NCBI RefSeq assembly: GCF_016432865.1
Contig: NC_067400.1
Coordinates: 615,660,001 to 615,724,000, forward strand
Direction: 5' to 3'
DNA from: Antechinus flavipes
Lineage: Eukaryota
DNA length: 64,000 nt
Numbering within the stretch: position 1 is the stretch's first letter; each line of letters starts with the position of its first letter. The notes beneath the pieces are model-generated. The model was not told the origin of the DNA. It did no database searches and saw only the letters and a list, made by a program, of their open reading frames with translations. Positions 43,103 through 63,894 of the stretch are shown piece after piece. The position numbers and the translations under genes are program-made.

Positions 43103-46100
43103 TCTTGGAGAGCAATGGCCGCCACCCCCCCCCTCCGCGGGAGGGAGCGGAGTAGGGAGGGGAGGGGGGGAGCGGGGAGCGACCCCCCCACGGCCGGGCT
43201 CGAGCTCCTGCGGGAGAGGGGGGAGCGAGGAGCGACCCCAGGTCCGGGCTCGAACTCTTGCGGAGGAGGAGAGGGTTAGCAGAACGCTACCCCCCACCCA
43301 CTCACCGTGTGTGTGGGGGAAATGACCCCTCCAACCCCCGGCCCCTACGGGGAGGAGACGCAGAGACCCCCACCCCAGCTGTCCCCACACCCTCTTTCTT
43401 TCCTAGCACGAGACACTGGGTGAGAAGTGAGACTTCGGGGGGCAAGCGCACCCCACAATGGGGGGAATGCAGGGACAGAACTCCCCCCTCCGCCTTCAGG
43501 GGGCCTGTTGGAATGGAGGAGGGGGGATCCTAGGGGGAAGGGAAGGAACGGGTATCCGAGATACTTGCTTGCTGAGGGGGGGACCCTTGCTCCCTACTCC
43601 CGGAGCCTTTAGGGGCTTTGGGGAGAAAGTGGGAAAACTGAAAAGTGGATCAGGACAAGGGTTTGCTTCCAGGTGGGTGTGAAAGCAGCGTCCTCTGCCT
43701 CGGAAAGCTCGGGGCACCCCTTTACCAGAATGTGCTTCTTGACAGTGACCCCCCTTCTTTCTGATGAGAGGGCTCAGGTAGTGGCCCCCCCAGTGAGATG
43801 AGTCGCGGGGGGGACAATGAGCATCCCCGCAGTGACAGGGAGAAGGCTTTGAGGGAGGCGGGGGACTCCTGCAATAGCCGTGTTCCTGTGGGCTCACTAG
43901 CGTTTTCCAGAGACGCTCAGAGATAGATTTCCACATTCATTTTTGTACGGTTCGCCTTCCGAATTCTCCTCCCTCCTCCGAGGCTGCGAACAAGCCTAGA
44001 AAAGTGAAACGGGGGCGGGCCTTGAAGACATATCCCTGGATTTGTCACCTTGGGCGAGAAAAACCTGACTCTGAAAAGGGGAAATGGGGGGAAGAAAAGG
44101 GAGGCAGGTGGGAACACTCTGCCTGGTCCCGGGGCTTTTCCCATCCCAAGTGCAGGAAGCACTTTGTTGTCAGAGACCCTCCCGGCCCGGCCTAGTGGGC
44201 TCAGGGCCCGCAGCCTGGGCCTAGGGACCGCCTCCAAAGGCTTCTCTTTAAATGAGGGGGCGGAGGAGACACTCCCCCCAGTCCCTTCCTTTCCGGGCCT
44301 TTGTGAAGTGCTTTCTGTCCACCACTCCCACCCAGATACTCCCGGCTTTTCCGGGGCCTGGGTCCCAGCGATTGGGTGCAGTGTCCAGGAGGGCTGTAGG
44401 GGGAGGAGGGGGCTGCTTGGGCCTCAAGGCAGTACCCCCCCCCCCCAGTCCCTTGGGGCAGGGCCCTCGGGAGGGAGGGTCCAGGACCTCTGCACACAGA
44501 GAGGGTTGATGGAGGGCCCTGGGAGGCCGTGACAGGGGTTCGGGGCAGAATTTGAACCTGGGGCTGTTCTCCGAGGCCAGCCTCAGGGGCTCGGGCCAAA
44601 TGGGTGGGCGGTGTGGGCCAGAGCCTGGGGGTCCCGAAGACGGGGGCTGTTTTGGCATCATTAGGGCATCTCCCGTGTCTCTGTGATCAGGAGCCTTCAA
44701 CTGGTCAGTTACTCCCACTGAGTGAGTGTCTCAGGACATTAAACACTTACTGGGTGCTGGAGCTCCAAGGGGAAAAAACAAAAGTCCTGCCCTCCGCGGA
44801 GACGGCCCCCTCGGGGAAGAGTCCCTGAGGCCCCGGGCCTTCCAGGAGAGCAGGGGGCCGTTCCAGGGCCTCCCTCCCAGCGGGCGGGGGGCGCCCATGG
44901 GTGAGGAGGGCCCGGGGGGGGGGCGCGGTTCATTGAAGACACTGAGGGCTCCATTCGCCCGCTCCTGAGGAGAGGGAGCCCGGCTTAGTCACAGCCAGCT
45001 GATTGTCTCTCAGACAGGAAGGAGAGAGAGGAACAGCAGGAAGGGAAGTGGGAGCCGGTTCTCAGCTCCCACTGGTGGGTGGGAGTCTGGGAAACTGGGA
45101 CCTGCAAAGGGAGGGTGTGAAGTGTGAGTGTGTACCCGTGGGCAGTGTGTGTGTGTGTGTGCCCGTGGGCAGTGTGAGTGTGTGTGTGTGTGTGTGTGCC
45201 CGTGGGCAGTGTGAGTGTGTGTGTGTGTCCGTGGGCAGTGTGAGTGTGTGAAGCATCCCTGGGCAGGGACTGGCTTCCCCCTCACCTCCACTTTCCACCA
45301 GGGGCCTCCTCGTCCCCTTGATTGGCAGAATCAAAGTGACTTCATGAAGTTGGGGTTACGGGGGAAAGTGTGATCCTCGAGGTGGGAGGGAACAGGAAAA
45401 GGAGGCTTAGTGAGAGCTCTTCGGGCCCAGTAGCTTTTTCTGGTGATTTATCCCCCTGCCCCCAGATCCTTCCCTTCTGTCCGGGGCCGGGAGAGCGCAG
45501 CACTAGACCCCGAGGAGGGGGCTGCCCCACGCCGAGGCCGCTCACCAGCCCTTGGAAGAGGTCTCGGAGAGACCCCGGGCCCAAGGCTCTGGTTTTCCGA
45601 GAGGGAAGGCGGGAAGCTTTGGGAGGCAGCGGGGAGGCTTTCAGCAGGGGGTGGACGCGGAGTTTGGGCTGGGAAGCAGGAGGGTCCGTGTGCACGGTCA
45701 GGCCTGGGAGCTGGAGCTGCGGGGAAGGGGGCTGAGAAAAGCGTCATCTGGCGCCCGGCGGGGGGATGTGGATGTGGGGGAGGGGCTGGGCCCTAGTCCG
45801 GGGTGCGGGGGAGAAGGAGCCGGACGCATGGGGGGGGCAGATGCTGAGCGAGCTGGACTCGGGGCGGGAGCCCTAACCCCGGAGCCTCTTGGTTGGGGCA
45901 TCCTGTAAGGCGGGGCCCCGGGCGAGGCTCAGCGGCGTCACCGAGCAGCCTTCGGTTTGTGGGAGTCGCCGTGGTCGTCTGGAGAGCCTGGGCCGGGCCT
46001 GGAGGGGGCTCCCGGAGAGGGGGCGCTCCCTCCCTCCGCGCCGCGGCCTTCTCGGGCTCTGGGTCTTGCGTTGCTTTGACCCGGAGGTGTCGCGGGGCGA

Positions 46101-49100
46101 AGATTTCTCCTGCCCCCTGACTTCTCCTTGTTTCCTCCTCTCAGGCCCAGGTGGCTTTTCTCCAAGGGGAGAGAAAGGGACAGGAGAACCTTAAGACAGA
46201 CCTGGTTCGGCGGATCAAAATGCTAGAGTTTGCACTGAAGCAGGAACGGTGGGTGAGCTTCCCCTCCCCCTGCCCATGTACCCCGGCCCCCCCCGGCAGA
46301 ACGGGAGCCGCGGGGAGTGCGGGGGCCCCTGGCTCCGCGACGGGCTGGCCCAGCCGGGACCGGGGCTTCGGGGGGAGAGCGGGGGGCCCTTAAGGGCCTG
46401 CTGCCTGGGGGAGCTGCCCCAGCCCCTGCCCCATCAGAGTCTCCCTGGGGGGACTTGGTGACCGTTCTGGGCTCCTTTACCTCCCTTGGGCAGTCAGTCT
46501 GGAGCCGTCCGGACAAGGCAGGGAGGCCCTGAATCCACCCCCGGCACCCGCTTACGGAGCCTTCTCCAGAGCGCCGCCCTCCTTTTCCTTTGGGGGAGAC
46601 TGAGGACTTGTCCGGGGGCGCTAAGTTCGGGGCCCGAGTGCCGAGCCTGCCTCCGGGCCCTCCCAGCGTTGGAGCTCTTTGGGGTCCGGACCCCCTTAGT
46701 GCCCTCCCTCCGGAGGACTCGACACGGAAGCCGTTGGCCCGCTGAGGCCGGCCTCCCTGACAGCCTCCCTTTCTTCCAGAGCCAAGTATCACAAACTGAA
46801 GTTTGGGACGGAATCAAACCAAGGGGAGAAGAAGTCGGAGGTGCTGGAGCAAGGTGTGTGGGGCGGACTCCTTCCCAAGCCCTCTGGGTGCGGGGGTCTC
46901 GGGGGGGGGGGGCGCTGTCCTGAGCCCCTCTCTCTCTGCTCAGTTCCCAACGGGCCCGTGGAGTCAGTCTCCTTGGAGAGCAGCCAGCTGGTGTGGAAAG
47001 AAGGCCGGCAGCTGCTGCGACAGTGAGTGTCTGGAGGGTGCCGGGCTGAGCCTCTGAAAGAGCGGGGGTCCTGGGGGATGGACCCAGAGGGTCTCCCCGG
47101 CGCCCGCCCTCCCTGCGGCTGAGCCGCCTCCGAGAGCCACGCAGCTCCCGCTTTGTCCTCCCTCTTGGGCTGGGGGGGAGCAGATAGAGGGAAGGGCTTT
47201 CCTGGGAGGTGCCCCCCTTGTCTGAGGGGAGGCCCCCGCCTTCTCCTCCTTGGCTTTGCCTCAGGTCTGGAGCTTCCGAGCCCTCTAGGGCTGTCCCCCC
47301 AGACCACCTTCCTTCCTCCTTCCTCAAAGGTACTTGGAGGAGGTGGGCTACACGGACACCATCTTGGACATGCGCTCGAAGCGCGTGCGCTCCCTGCTGG
47401 GCCGCTCCGTGGAGCTGAATGGGGCCGCCGAGCCCGGGGACAGCAGCCCTGGGGGGCTTCCCACGGGGGAGTCGGTGTTGGCCAAGCAGATCGAGGAGCA
47501 GATCAAGAGGTGAGGGCCTGGGGCCGTCCCGCGCTTCCCCCTCCTTCCCCCTTCCCAAAGCTGATTGCTGGCCGAGCCTCCGGGGAGGTTCGCTAAGCGC
47601 CTGCTGTGTGCCCGGGGTCGCCGTGGTCACGCCCCAGTCTCTGGCTTCCCAAACGCCGTGTGTGGGGAGGGGGCCAGGGCTCCCCGGGGTCTCAGCAGCC
47701 TGGCTTGGGGCAGTCTCTGGGCAGTCCCGGGAACCAGCGGCCTGGCTGGGGGGGGGGGGCGGCACGAGCCCCTGCTACACCCCTCACTTGTGTCTCGGGC
47801 AGGAACGCTGCAGGCAAGGAAGGTGCGGAGCGGCTGGGAAGCTCCGTGCTGGAGAAGATCCCGTTCCTGCAGAACTGCGAGGAGGAGGACAGCGACGAGG
47901 AGGAGGAGCTGGAGAGCATGCAGCCCAAGAAGCAGCGGGTCAAGGTGCGCCCACCTGGCAGCCAGGGCCCGGCCGGGGGAGGGAGGGAGGGAGGCCCGCC
48001 TCGGGCCCGGCCCTTACTCGGCCCTCGGAGCCCTGAGGGTCCGCCGGGTCTGAGACCGGAGGGAAGCGGCCGCCGGTGCTGGTTTCTCCCACTGGGCTCC
48101 GAGTCGGGGCCCCCCGGGCCGGCTTCCTGCTGGCCTGTTGCTGTGGAGTGGTGCGGGGGTGACCTAAGCTGGCTGAGGGGTCATTCTGGCCTTCAGGCAC
48201 TGTCGGAGGGAGGGTGGGGTACCTGAGCCAGGGCCGGGGTTTCAGAGGGAAGGGCCTTGAATGCCGGGTTCAGGGGCAGCCCCGTCCCTGCGCGTGGTGG
48301 GGAGGCCGCCACAAGGGAGCCGCGGTTGCTGGCGAGCGGACTGGGGCCCCTTGTCCAAGACCCGCTGGGTTGGGGGGGAAGGACCGGGTCTCCCCCCAGG
48401 TGCCCCCTGCAGCCCCAGCCCTCAGCCCCTGATTTCCTGTTCCCTCAGTTATCATCTAAGCCCCTGGTCCCAGAAATGGACGAGGAAGACGATGATGAAG
48501 ACTCCGAGGACGCCATCAACGAATTTGACTTTCTGGGCTCTGGGGAGGACGGGGAAGGGTCCGCTGAGGCGCGCCGCTCCGGAGACGGCACTGAGCTGGG
48601 TAAGCCGAGGGGGTCCCGGCCCACCCGCAGCCGTTTCCTGCCCCGACGCTCGGCTTCCTGAAGTCTCCTCCGGAGGCCTAGAGGAAGCCTGCAGGCCCGA
48701 CCTCTGCCCTTGGCGGGGGCTGGGGGAGAGGGAGAGGGCTCCGGCGGAAGAGAGGGAGGACGGCCTGGGGCAGGGGGAGGGCGAAGCCTCTTCTCCCTGC
48801 CCTCGGGCTTGCTGTCCCGCCTGCCCCCAGCTCTGCTTCCCAGGCCGGGGGATGGACGTCTTGGGGGGCCGGGGGCAGTGCTGTCTCCTCCCTGCGTGGG
48901 GCAGAGGGAGGGAGCGGGGAGCCCCGAGCCCCGGCGGCTCAGCCCCTCCGGCTCCCCTTTCCCACCCCGGCAGAGAGTCGGCGGGTGAAACTGCAGGGCA
49001 TGCTGGCTGATCTCCGGGACGTCGATGGGCTGCCCCCAAAAGGCACCGGCCCGCCCCCTGGCACGCCGCAGCCCCGGCCCCACGACGGTGAGGGGGCCTT

Positions 49101-52100
49101 TGGGGAAGGGGGGCGAGCCCCTGGGAGGGACTGGGAGGGGCCAGCTGGGAGGAGGGTCTGGGCTGCCAGGAGAGCCTCTGGTCAGCTGCTTTGTGCCGGG
49201 GAGGTGGGGGCCCCCTGGAGGCCGTGGGAGGTCCCCAGGGGGGCAGCGGGCCAGGGGTCAGAGGCCGCAGGGAGGCGGGGGCCCCGGGCCCTCCGGCGAG
49301 CTGCCTGTGCTCCGCAGGTTCCCTTGGCTTTTCCTCCGACGTCTTTATCATGGACACTATCGGGGGCGGAGAGGTGAGCCTGGGGGACTTGGCCGACCTC
49401 ACCGTCAGCAACGACAACGACCTCAGCTGTGACGTGAGTGTGGGGGCTCCCAAGGGTTGTTAACAGGGCGGCCGAGTCAGCCCGGGGCCCGACCCCTCAG
49501 CACCCCCGGGGGCCTCGCTCTGACATCCGTGAGAGGAGGGGCTTTAAGGAGGTGGCCCTGGATCTGGGGCTGGTGAGGAGAGGGGCCCGGGAAGGGACGG
49601 GGGCTGACCCGAGGCTGGGGTCCCTCTGGCTGTGGGCAGAAGCCGTTGCCCCGGGTAGGGGCAGGGTGAGCTCCCAGGGCAGGGGGGTGGCTCTCACCCT
49701 CAGGTCTGTGAACTGGATTTGGAGAGGGCCCGGTGACCCCAGCTGTAATCTGGCGGCTGGGGGAGCCAAGGCTGCTGGGGGTATCTGGCCCCAAGTGGGC
49801 AGAGCAGCAGGGACAAGTGTCTGCCCTCGTCCCCCCCTTGCCCCCCACAACTGGGGGCGGCTACTGCACTTGTGCCCCCTCCCCCAATATCTGCACCTAC
49901 GTGAGTGCCGCTTCCTTTGTGGCCCTCCTTTCTAAAACCTGAGGAGGGGCCGGGGGTCCGTGCCACAGAAACGGTGAGGGGGCAGAGATTGGGGGATGGG
50001 TGGCTCCGAGGGTCCTGGGGCGTCCCGGGGGGACCACATGTCTTTGCACCGTGGGACGTGTGGAAGGGGGTGGAGGGGCAACGCAGAGATTCCCCGTCTT
50101 CCCTCCCCCAGCTTTCTGACAGCAAAGATGCCTTCAAGAAGACTTGGAACCCCAAATTTACCCTCCGCTCCCACTACGACGGCATCCGCTCGCTGGCCTT
50201 CCACCACAGCGAGTCAGCCTTGCTCACGGCCTCGGAGGACGGCACCCTGAAGCTTTGGAACCTACAGAAGACTGTGACGGCCAAGAAGTGAGTGGGCCCC
50301 GGGGCAGGGGTGGCGGGGGGGCGGGGCAGGGGCGGCGGGGGGCGGGGCAGGGGCGGCGGGGGGCGGGGCAGGGGCGGGGGGGGCGGGGCAGGGGCGGCGG
50401 GGGGCGGGGGCTGCAGCTGCCCATTGACCCCCTGTCCTCTCCCGTGCAGGAATGCTGCTCTGGATGTGGAGCCGATCCACGCTTTCCGGGCCCACAGGTG
50501 GGTAACGGGCGGCCTGGCCTTTGCCGTGCTTGCTGGGAGCCGCTGGGGGGTGCCCCTGTGCCCATGGCTGTGGCCTCCAGCCGGGCCCGACTGCCTGCTT
50601 GTGTCCTCCCAGCACTTCCTTCCTGAGCTCGAGGGAGTGTGTGTGAAGGGCCGAGCCCGGTGCCCGGCACACAGTGGGCACCCGCACGGGGCACCCTTCT
50701 GCCCCCCTGCCGGCCCGCTCACCCGCCCTCCCCCTCTAGGGGCCCCGTGCTGGCGGTGGCCATGGGCAGTCACAGCGAGCACTGCTACAGTGGGGGAGCA
50801 GACGCCCGCATCCACTGCTGGAGGATCCCAGACCTCAATATGGACCCTTACGACGGCTATGGTGAGGCTCCCTGCTGGGGCCCGCCCCGCTCCTCCCTCG
50901 GGGCAGCGCCCCTCACCCCCAGCCCCTTCCCGGAGACCCAGCAGGCTGCGGGTTATGGCGGCCACGCCTCTCGTGTTCCCTTCGGAGACCTGGGTGCCGA
51001 CGTGCCCCGGCAGCGAGCCCAGGATGCGCTGGGACCCCTCCCCACTTCACCCAGGGCCTTCCACCACCAATTGGGAGGGACGGGGGGAGGGGAGGGAGCG
51101 TCCAGCCTGGGCCGACCCTGACCGCCGGCCCCTTCTTCTGGCTCGGGCCTAGACCCCGGCGTGCTGAGCAGCGTCCTGGAGGGCCACGGGGACGCCGTGT
51201 GGGGCCTCGCCTTCAGCCCCGCCTCACACCGCCTGGCCTCCTGCTCCGCGGACGGCACCATCCGCATCTGGGACCCCAGCGGCCACAGCCCCACTTGCCT
51301 GTGCACTTTCCACACGGCTGGCGGTGAGTGGGGGGAGGGAGAGCCCCCTCCTCCAGGGGCGCAGAGCCTGGCGGGAGGACAGGGTGGGGTGGGAGGAGGC
51401 GTGGCCAGCTCCCCCTCTCTCGCCCCGGACAGAGCACGGCATCCCCACTTCCGTGGCCTTCACCAGCACAGAGCCGGCCCAGGCCGTCGCTTCCTTCCGC
51501 TCAGGTGACACGGTCCTCTACAACCTGGAGACTGGCAGCGCCCTTCTCACCCTGGAGTCCCGAGGGAGCAGTGGTGAGCGGGGGCGGGGCCGGGCGGGGC
51601 CCATCACGGAGCCGATTTCCCCCTGGGGGAAAGGTCATGTTCTCCCTGTGAGACAGAGGGAAACTGAGGCGGGCCCCACAGCGCCCCCCGGAGGCCTTGA
51701 GGAAGGGTCTGGAGCCGGACTCTGGCTGCCCCGGGCTTAGTCTGGCCAGCAAAGCTCTCCTTGCTCTGCTCGAGAGATCAGTGGCCCCAGATGGGCAAGC
51801 TGGCGGCCAAAAACTCCCTTAGGAGCTGTCCAAACCTCCCCAAACCCAGGCCCAGTGCTGCGCTGGGCCTTCACTCACTCTGCTCCTTTCAGGGCCCACC
51901 CAGATCAACCAGGTGGTGAGCCACCCCAACCAGCCCCTTACCATTACCGCCCACGATGACCGAGGCATCCGATTCCTGGACAACCGGACAGGTAGGAGCG
52001 GCTGCGCCCCCGGCCCGCGCTGAGGTAGGGCTGCACACGGGGGCGCACCCACACGGCTCTCTCACCTCTCAGGGAAATCTGTGCACTCCATGGTCGCTCA

Positions 52101-52704
52101 CCTCGACGCGGTGACCTGCTTGGCCGTGGACCCGAATGGAGTCTTCTTGATGTCCGGAAGTGAGTTCTTGTGGGAGCGGGACAGCGGGCTCTAGGGGAGC
52201 GGGCAAAGCGGCCCTGCTGGAAAGGGGGCTCGTTTAGGAGAACAGCGTGGGGGGGTGAGACAGCCGCCACAGGGGGCCACAAGGGTTTGGCCTAGGGCAG
52301 CGGGGAAGGCCGGAGCACAGTTCGAGGAAAGAAGCTGGATGGTCCGGGGTGGGAGGGGGGATGTCAGCAAGGGACCAGCTGTGGGGACTGGGTGGCGGTG
52401 GGGGAGGGGGCGCGCCTTGTTCTTGCCCCAGCTCTGGGCGTTGCCTGGGAGAAGGTCGGCCTGGAGGCCTGAGGGGCTGGTGCCGGGGGGAGACGGGGGA
52501 GACTGGAGGGAGCCCGTACTATGTTTCCCCCAAGGCCATGACTGCTCCCTCCGCCTCTGGAGCCTGGACAATAAGACCTGCGTGCAGGAGATCACCGCAC
52601 ACCGGAAGAAGCACGAGGAAGCCATTCACGCCGTGGCCTGCCATCCCAGCAAGGCGCTCATTGCCAGCGCCGGGGCCGATGCCCTGGCCAAGGTGTTTGT
52701 ATGA
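42668..52704 (+). CDS. STRN4: Striatin-4/zinedin (748 aa). Exons 42668-42940, 46145-46248, 46780-46853, 46944-47022, 47330-47509, 47803-47944, 48449-48599, 48974-49087, 49318-49433, 50112-50287, 50450-50497, 50740-50861, 51153-51323, 51433-51573, 51893-51991, 52073-52159, 52535-52704
   Basis: Striatin N-terminal domain (SLPGILHFIQHEWARFEAEKARWEAERAELQAQVAFLQGERKGQENLKTDLVRRIKMLE, WKEGRQLLRQYLEEVGY) and C-terminal WD40 repeats ending SAGADALAKVFV*. The exons sum to 2247 nt, all GT-AG with consistent phases. Confidence 0.97.
43070..43118 (-). other. FKRP: Probable FKRP first exon, antisense within STRN4 intron 1
   Basis: The minus strand reads ccattgctctccAAGATGGCG(GCG)n...CGG|GTGAGG, containing a YY1-type CAAGATGGCGGC motif and a good donor. 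It resembles the human FKRP mRNA 5' end as recalled. Confidence 0.7.
45110..45255 (+). repeat. (GT)n-based compound repeat in STRN4 intron 1
   Basis: Four units of gtgtg(c/t)ccgtgggcagtgtgagtgtgtg. Confidence 0.85.
50297..50410 (+). repeat. G-rich ggggcaggggcggcggggggc repeat in STRN4 intron 10
   Basis: About 5 tandem units with G4-G6 runs fill most of the 162-nt intron. Confidence 0.85.
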
Positions 52705-53867
52705 CGCCCCGTCCCGTGCCCCGCCACCTCCCCCCTCTTCCCCGAGGAAGGGTGGGGCGGGGCAGGTGGCCCCCCAAGGTGAGTCGGCCTCCGTGTGACG
52801 CCGTGTCCTGCCTCGCCAGGCTTCTGGTCCCTGCTGGGAGGGGGTTTGGGGGCAAGAGGCGGCTTCAGCTTGCTTTGGTTCCAGTGTTTCTTTCCCCTGG
52901 CTGGGGGGGATGGGAGGGGGTTCTCATTGGGTGGGGTTAGGGCTCTGCCCACCACGTCTCCCCTGTTTTCCAGCCAGTGATTTTCTCCACGTCTGAAATG
53001 GGGGAGCAAGAAGCCTCCACTCCGAGCCTCATGGTGCTAGCAGCCCGTGGGGCTGGCCCTCTCCTCCGTCACCTTCCCCATTTCTACTGGGGTTGAGGAG
53101 GGAGCCGTTCTCTCCAGCCAGAAGGGGCCTGATGCTTCCCCACCCCTTCAGAACTGGCTCCTTTTCTCCCCTCCTCCCCACTGGGGCCCGGATTCAAGAG
53201 TCCAGAGCTTTCCATTGGTCTTTGAGCCACAGTAATAGGGCTGGGCGGAGGTGGGGACTGTCATGCTGAGAGGTGCAGACCCTCCCTCTGCCTGGCTGGC
53301 CCCTCTTCTAGGGCAGCAGAGAAGGACCACCTGGGAGGACCTTTCTGCCCACATCTTTTTGAGGGAGGAAAGGTTGGGGGGACCAAGATGGCGTCACCGG
53401 ATCACCACAGTGGTCCCTCTCTCCGACTTTTAGAAACACACCCATACTGCAGACACTAGCCCCTCCCCCAAACCAGAAGCATCGACTGCCTGGGGGGGAC
53501 ACCTCCTGCCATCCCAGCACCCCTCTGGGGCCAGGGGCCCACAAGGGACGAGAGGGGCGCCTCATTGACTTGAGGGAGCAACGTGGAATCCTTTCTTTCC
53601 CCCTCTAACCCCTTTTTCACACTGTATATTCTGTATAAATCAATACAATTTTAAATGGAAGCCCAGCTCTCCTCCCCCAGCCTGCCCAGACCCTTCCCTT
53701 GGTTGTTATCACTGTGTGATAGTCTCTGTCCGTCTGTCCCCCTGTTCCCCCCTCCCCCCCAGGGTTCCCAAACTTTTCTCTTTGTATATTTATTTCACTC
53801 CTGATTTCAGCTCTTCCCCATCCGGCCTTCTTCCTGCCTCTCCCCATTGTACGTGAAGACCTGCCTC

Positions 53868-53873
53868 AATAAA
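53868..53873 (+). terminator. STRN4 polyadenylation signal AATAAA
   Basis: AATAAA follows a typical conserved-looking 3'UTR end (ctgtatattctgtataaatcaatacaattttaaat). Confidence 0.75.
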
Positions 53874-54599
53874 ACCTTTGGAATAAGAGCCGCTGTGTCT
53901 GGAGAACTCGGGTCTGGGACTTTGGGGGACGCAGGGACCCCTGTGAGGGACGGGGCTTAAGAGTCGGTTAGGTCTTCAGTGAGAAGGGAGGAGGCAGCTG
54001 TTGGGGAGGGGGGTTGCAACTTGGGGGAGGGTGGGGTGGGAGGAAGTGGAGCCGAGGAACCGTATCTCCCCTGGCTGCCCAGAGCCCCTTGGGACAGAGA
54101 CGTGGACGCTGCGCAGCCCGCCCAGCCACCGGTTCTCTTCCTAAAGTCGGGGAGCAGTCGCTTCTCATTAGCTTGCCCACACTGAGCCTGTGCTCCAAGG
54201 CCCAAAGGACCCCCTCTCCTGGCCTGGGGCAGCTCACACCGCTGGGGGGGCCCACGGGGATCTCGGGCACCATCTGGTCCCTCCTTGTGCAGATAAACAG
54301 ATCGGGCCGGGAGTGGTCCAGGACGGCCGCTGCAGTGTTACCCCCCCCGGGGGCGGAGCCTGTCCGCAGGAGCTCGCGGAGGCGGGGCCCCCTTGGCTGG
54401 AGGACCTCCGCGGGGCCACAGAGCCCCCTCCCCCCCACGTGCTGGCCAGGGTTTCAGACCGAAGCCTTTAAGACTTCCTTCCCCGGGCCGCCCGGATGTG
54501 GCATAAACAGCCACTACCTCCAGAGCCGAGGAGCCCCTCCCCCAGCAGCCCTTTCCCACTTTCTCTGCCCCCACCGCGGGCCTCGCCGACTTTCTAGTG

Positions 54600-55300
54600 G
54601 GAAACGTCAGGAAGGAAGGAGCGGCCACTAGGAGCCCCCCGCCTCGGGGAGGAAAGGCCGCTTCCTGGGGGGGCAGGGGAAAAGGGGGAGCCCAGGCGCT
54701 TTCTCGGTGGCGAAACGCCTTCCGTCTCTCAAGTCCTGGGCTGCCGTCTGAAGTCGGGCGCTCGACCGGCTGGGGGCGGTCATCCGGGCCACCTCCCGCT
54801 GCGGCCCCCCAAATCCCGCCCGCTCCTCCCTGGAGCTCCGGTCTCGGGGCTCAGGACCCCTTGGGTGGGGGAGGTGTCCAGTTAGGGCTCCACGGGCATC
54901 CTGCCCACGCCCCCGGGGCAGCCTCCTCCGGGCCACAGGGGGTCTCTGCTGGGCCGGCCGGGGCCCCACGCGTGTGGGCTCCGCGCAGCGCTGGGGAAAG
55001 TTTGTTTCCGGGACCTCGGCGGGGCGTGGTCAGGATGTGGGGGAGGAGTCGGCCCGGGGGCCCCCAGCCTCCCTCTCCGGACCCGGGGAGAGGATTGCCC
55101 GTGCCCTCGCAGGCCGGCGCGCCCCCGGAGAACCAGCCGGGGCTTTGGGGGCAGCGGGGTCCCCGGGCCCCAAACCGGGCCCCAAACCGGGCCCCCCCTT
55201 CAGCACGCTGACGTCACCCCAGGCCACGCTGATTGGCTGCTCTTGCCGTCGGTCAGGACACTTCCTCCTGGGCCGCCGCCGCCGCCGCCGAGTTACAAAG
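54600..55300 (+). promoter_or_regulatory. PRKD2 CpG-island promoter
   Basis: Palindromic CRE TGACGTCA at 55209-55216, reverse CCAAT (ATTGG) at 55232-55236 and an ETS-like CACTTCCT at about 55259, followed by a (GCC)6 5'UTR run. Confidence 0.7.
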
Positions 55301-55664
55301 TTCTGAGCGCGGGGGGCGGGGGCGGGAAAGGAGTCCGAAGACCCCCGCCCGCCCTCCCGTCGCGACCGCGACCCCGGCCCGCCGAACCCGAGCCCGCCCG
55401 GTAACCCCCGCGCCCCCCAAACTTCCCCAGGGCCCCCAGAGTCCGCTCCGCTCCGCCCGCGTGGGGGCCCCGCGGGGGTGTCCGCACCTTTCCGACCTGG
55501 GGTCTCCCTTCCCGTGCCCCATCCCTCTTCTTCCGAGCCGGCTGAGCCCCCGGGCGCGGAGAATCCTACTCGAGGGTGCACCTCCCTGATCCTCGCGACC
55601 CCTTCCCCCGATCGCAAGTGGATGTGGGCGTGAGGCGGCCGGGCGCCACTCCGTCATCCCCCCA

Positions 55665-63894
<8,230 letters not shown>

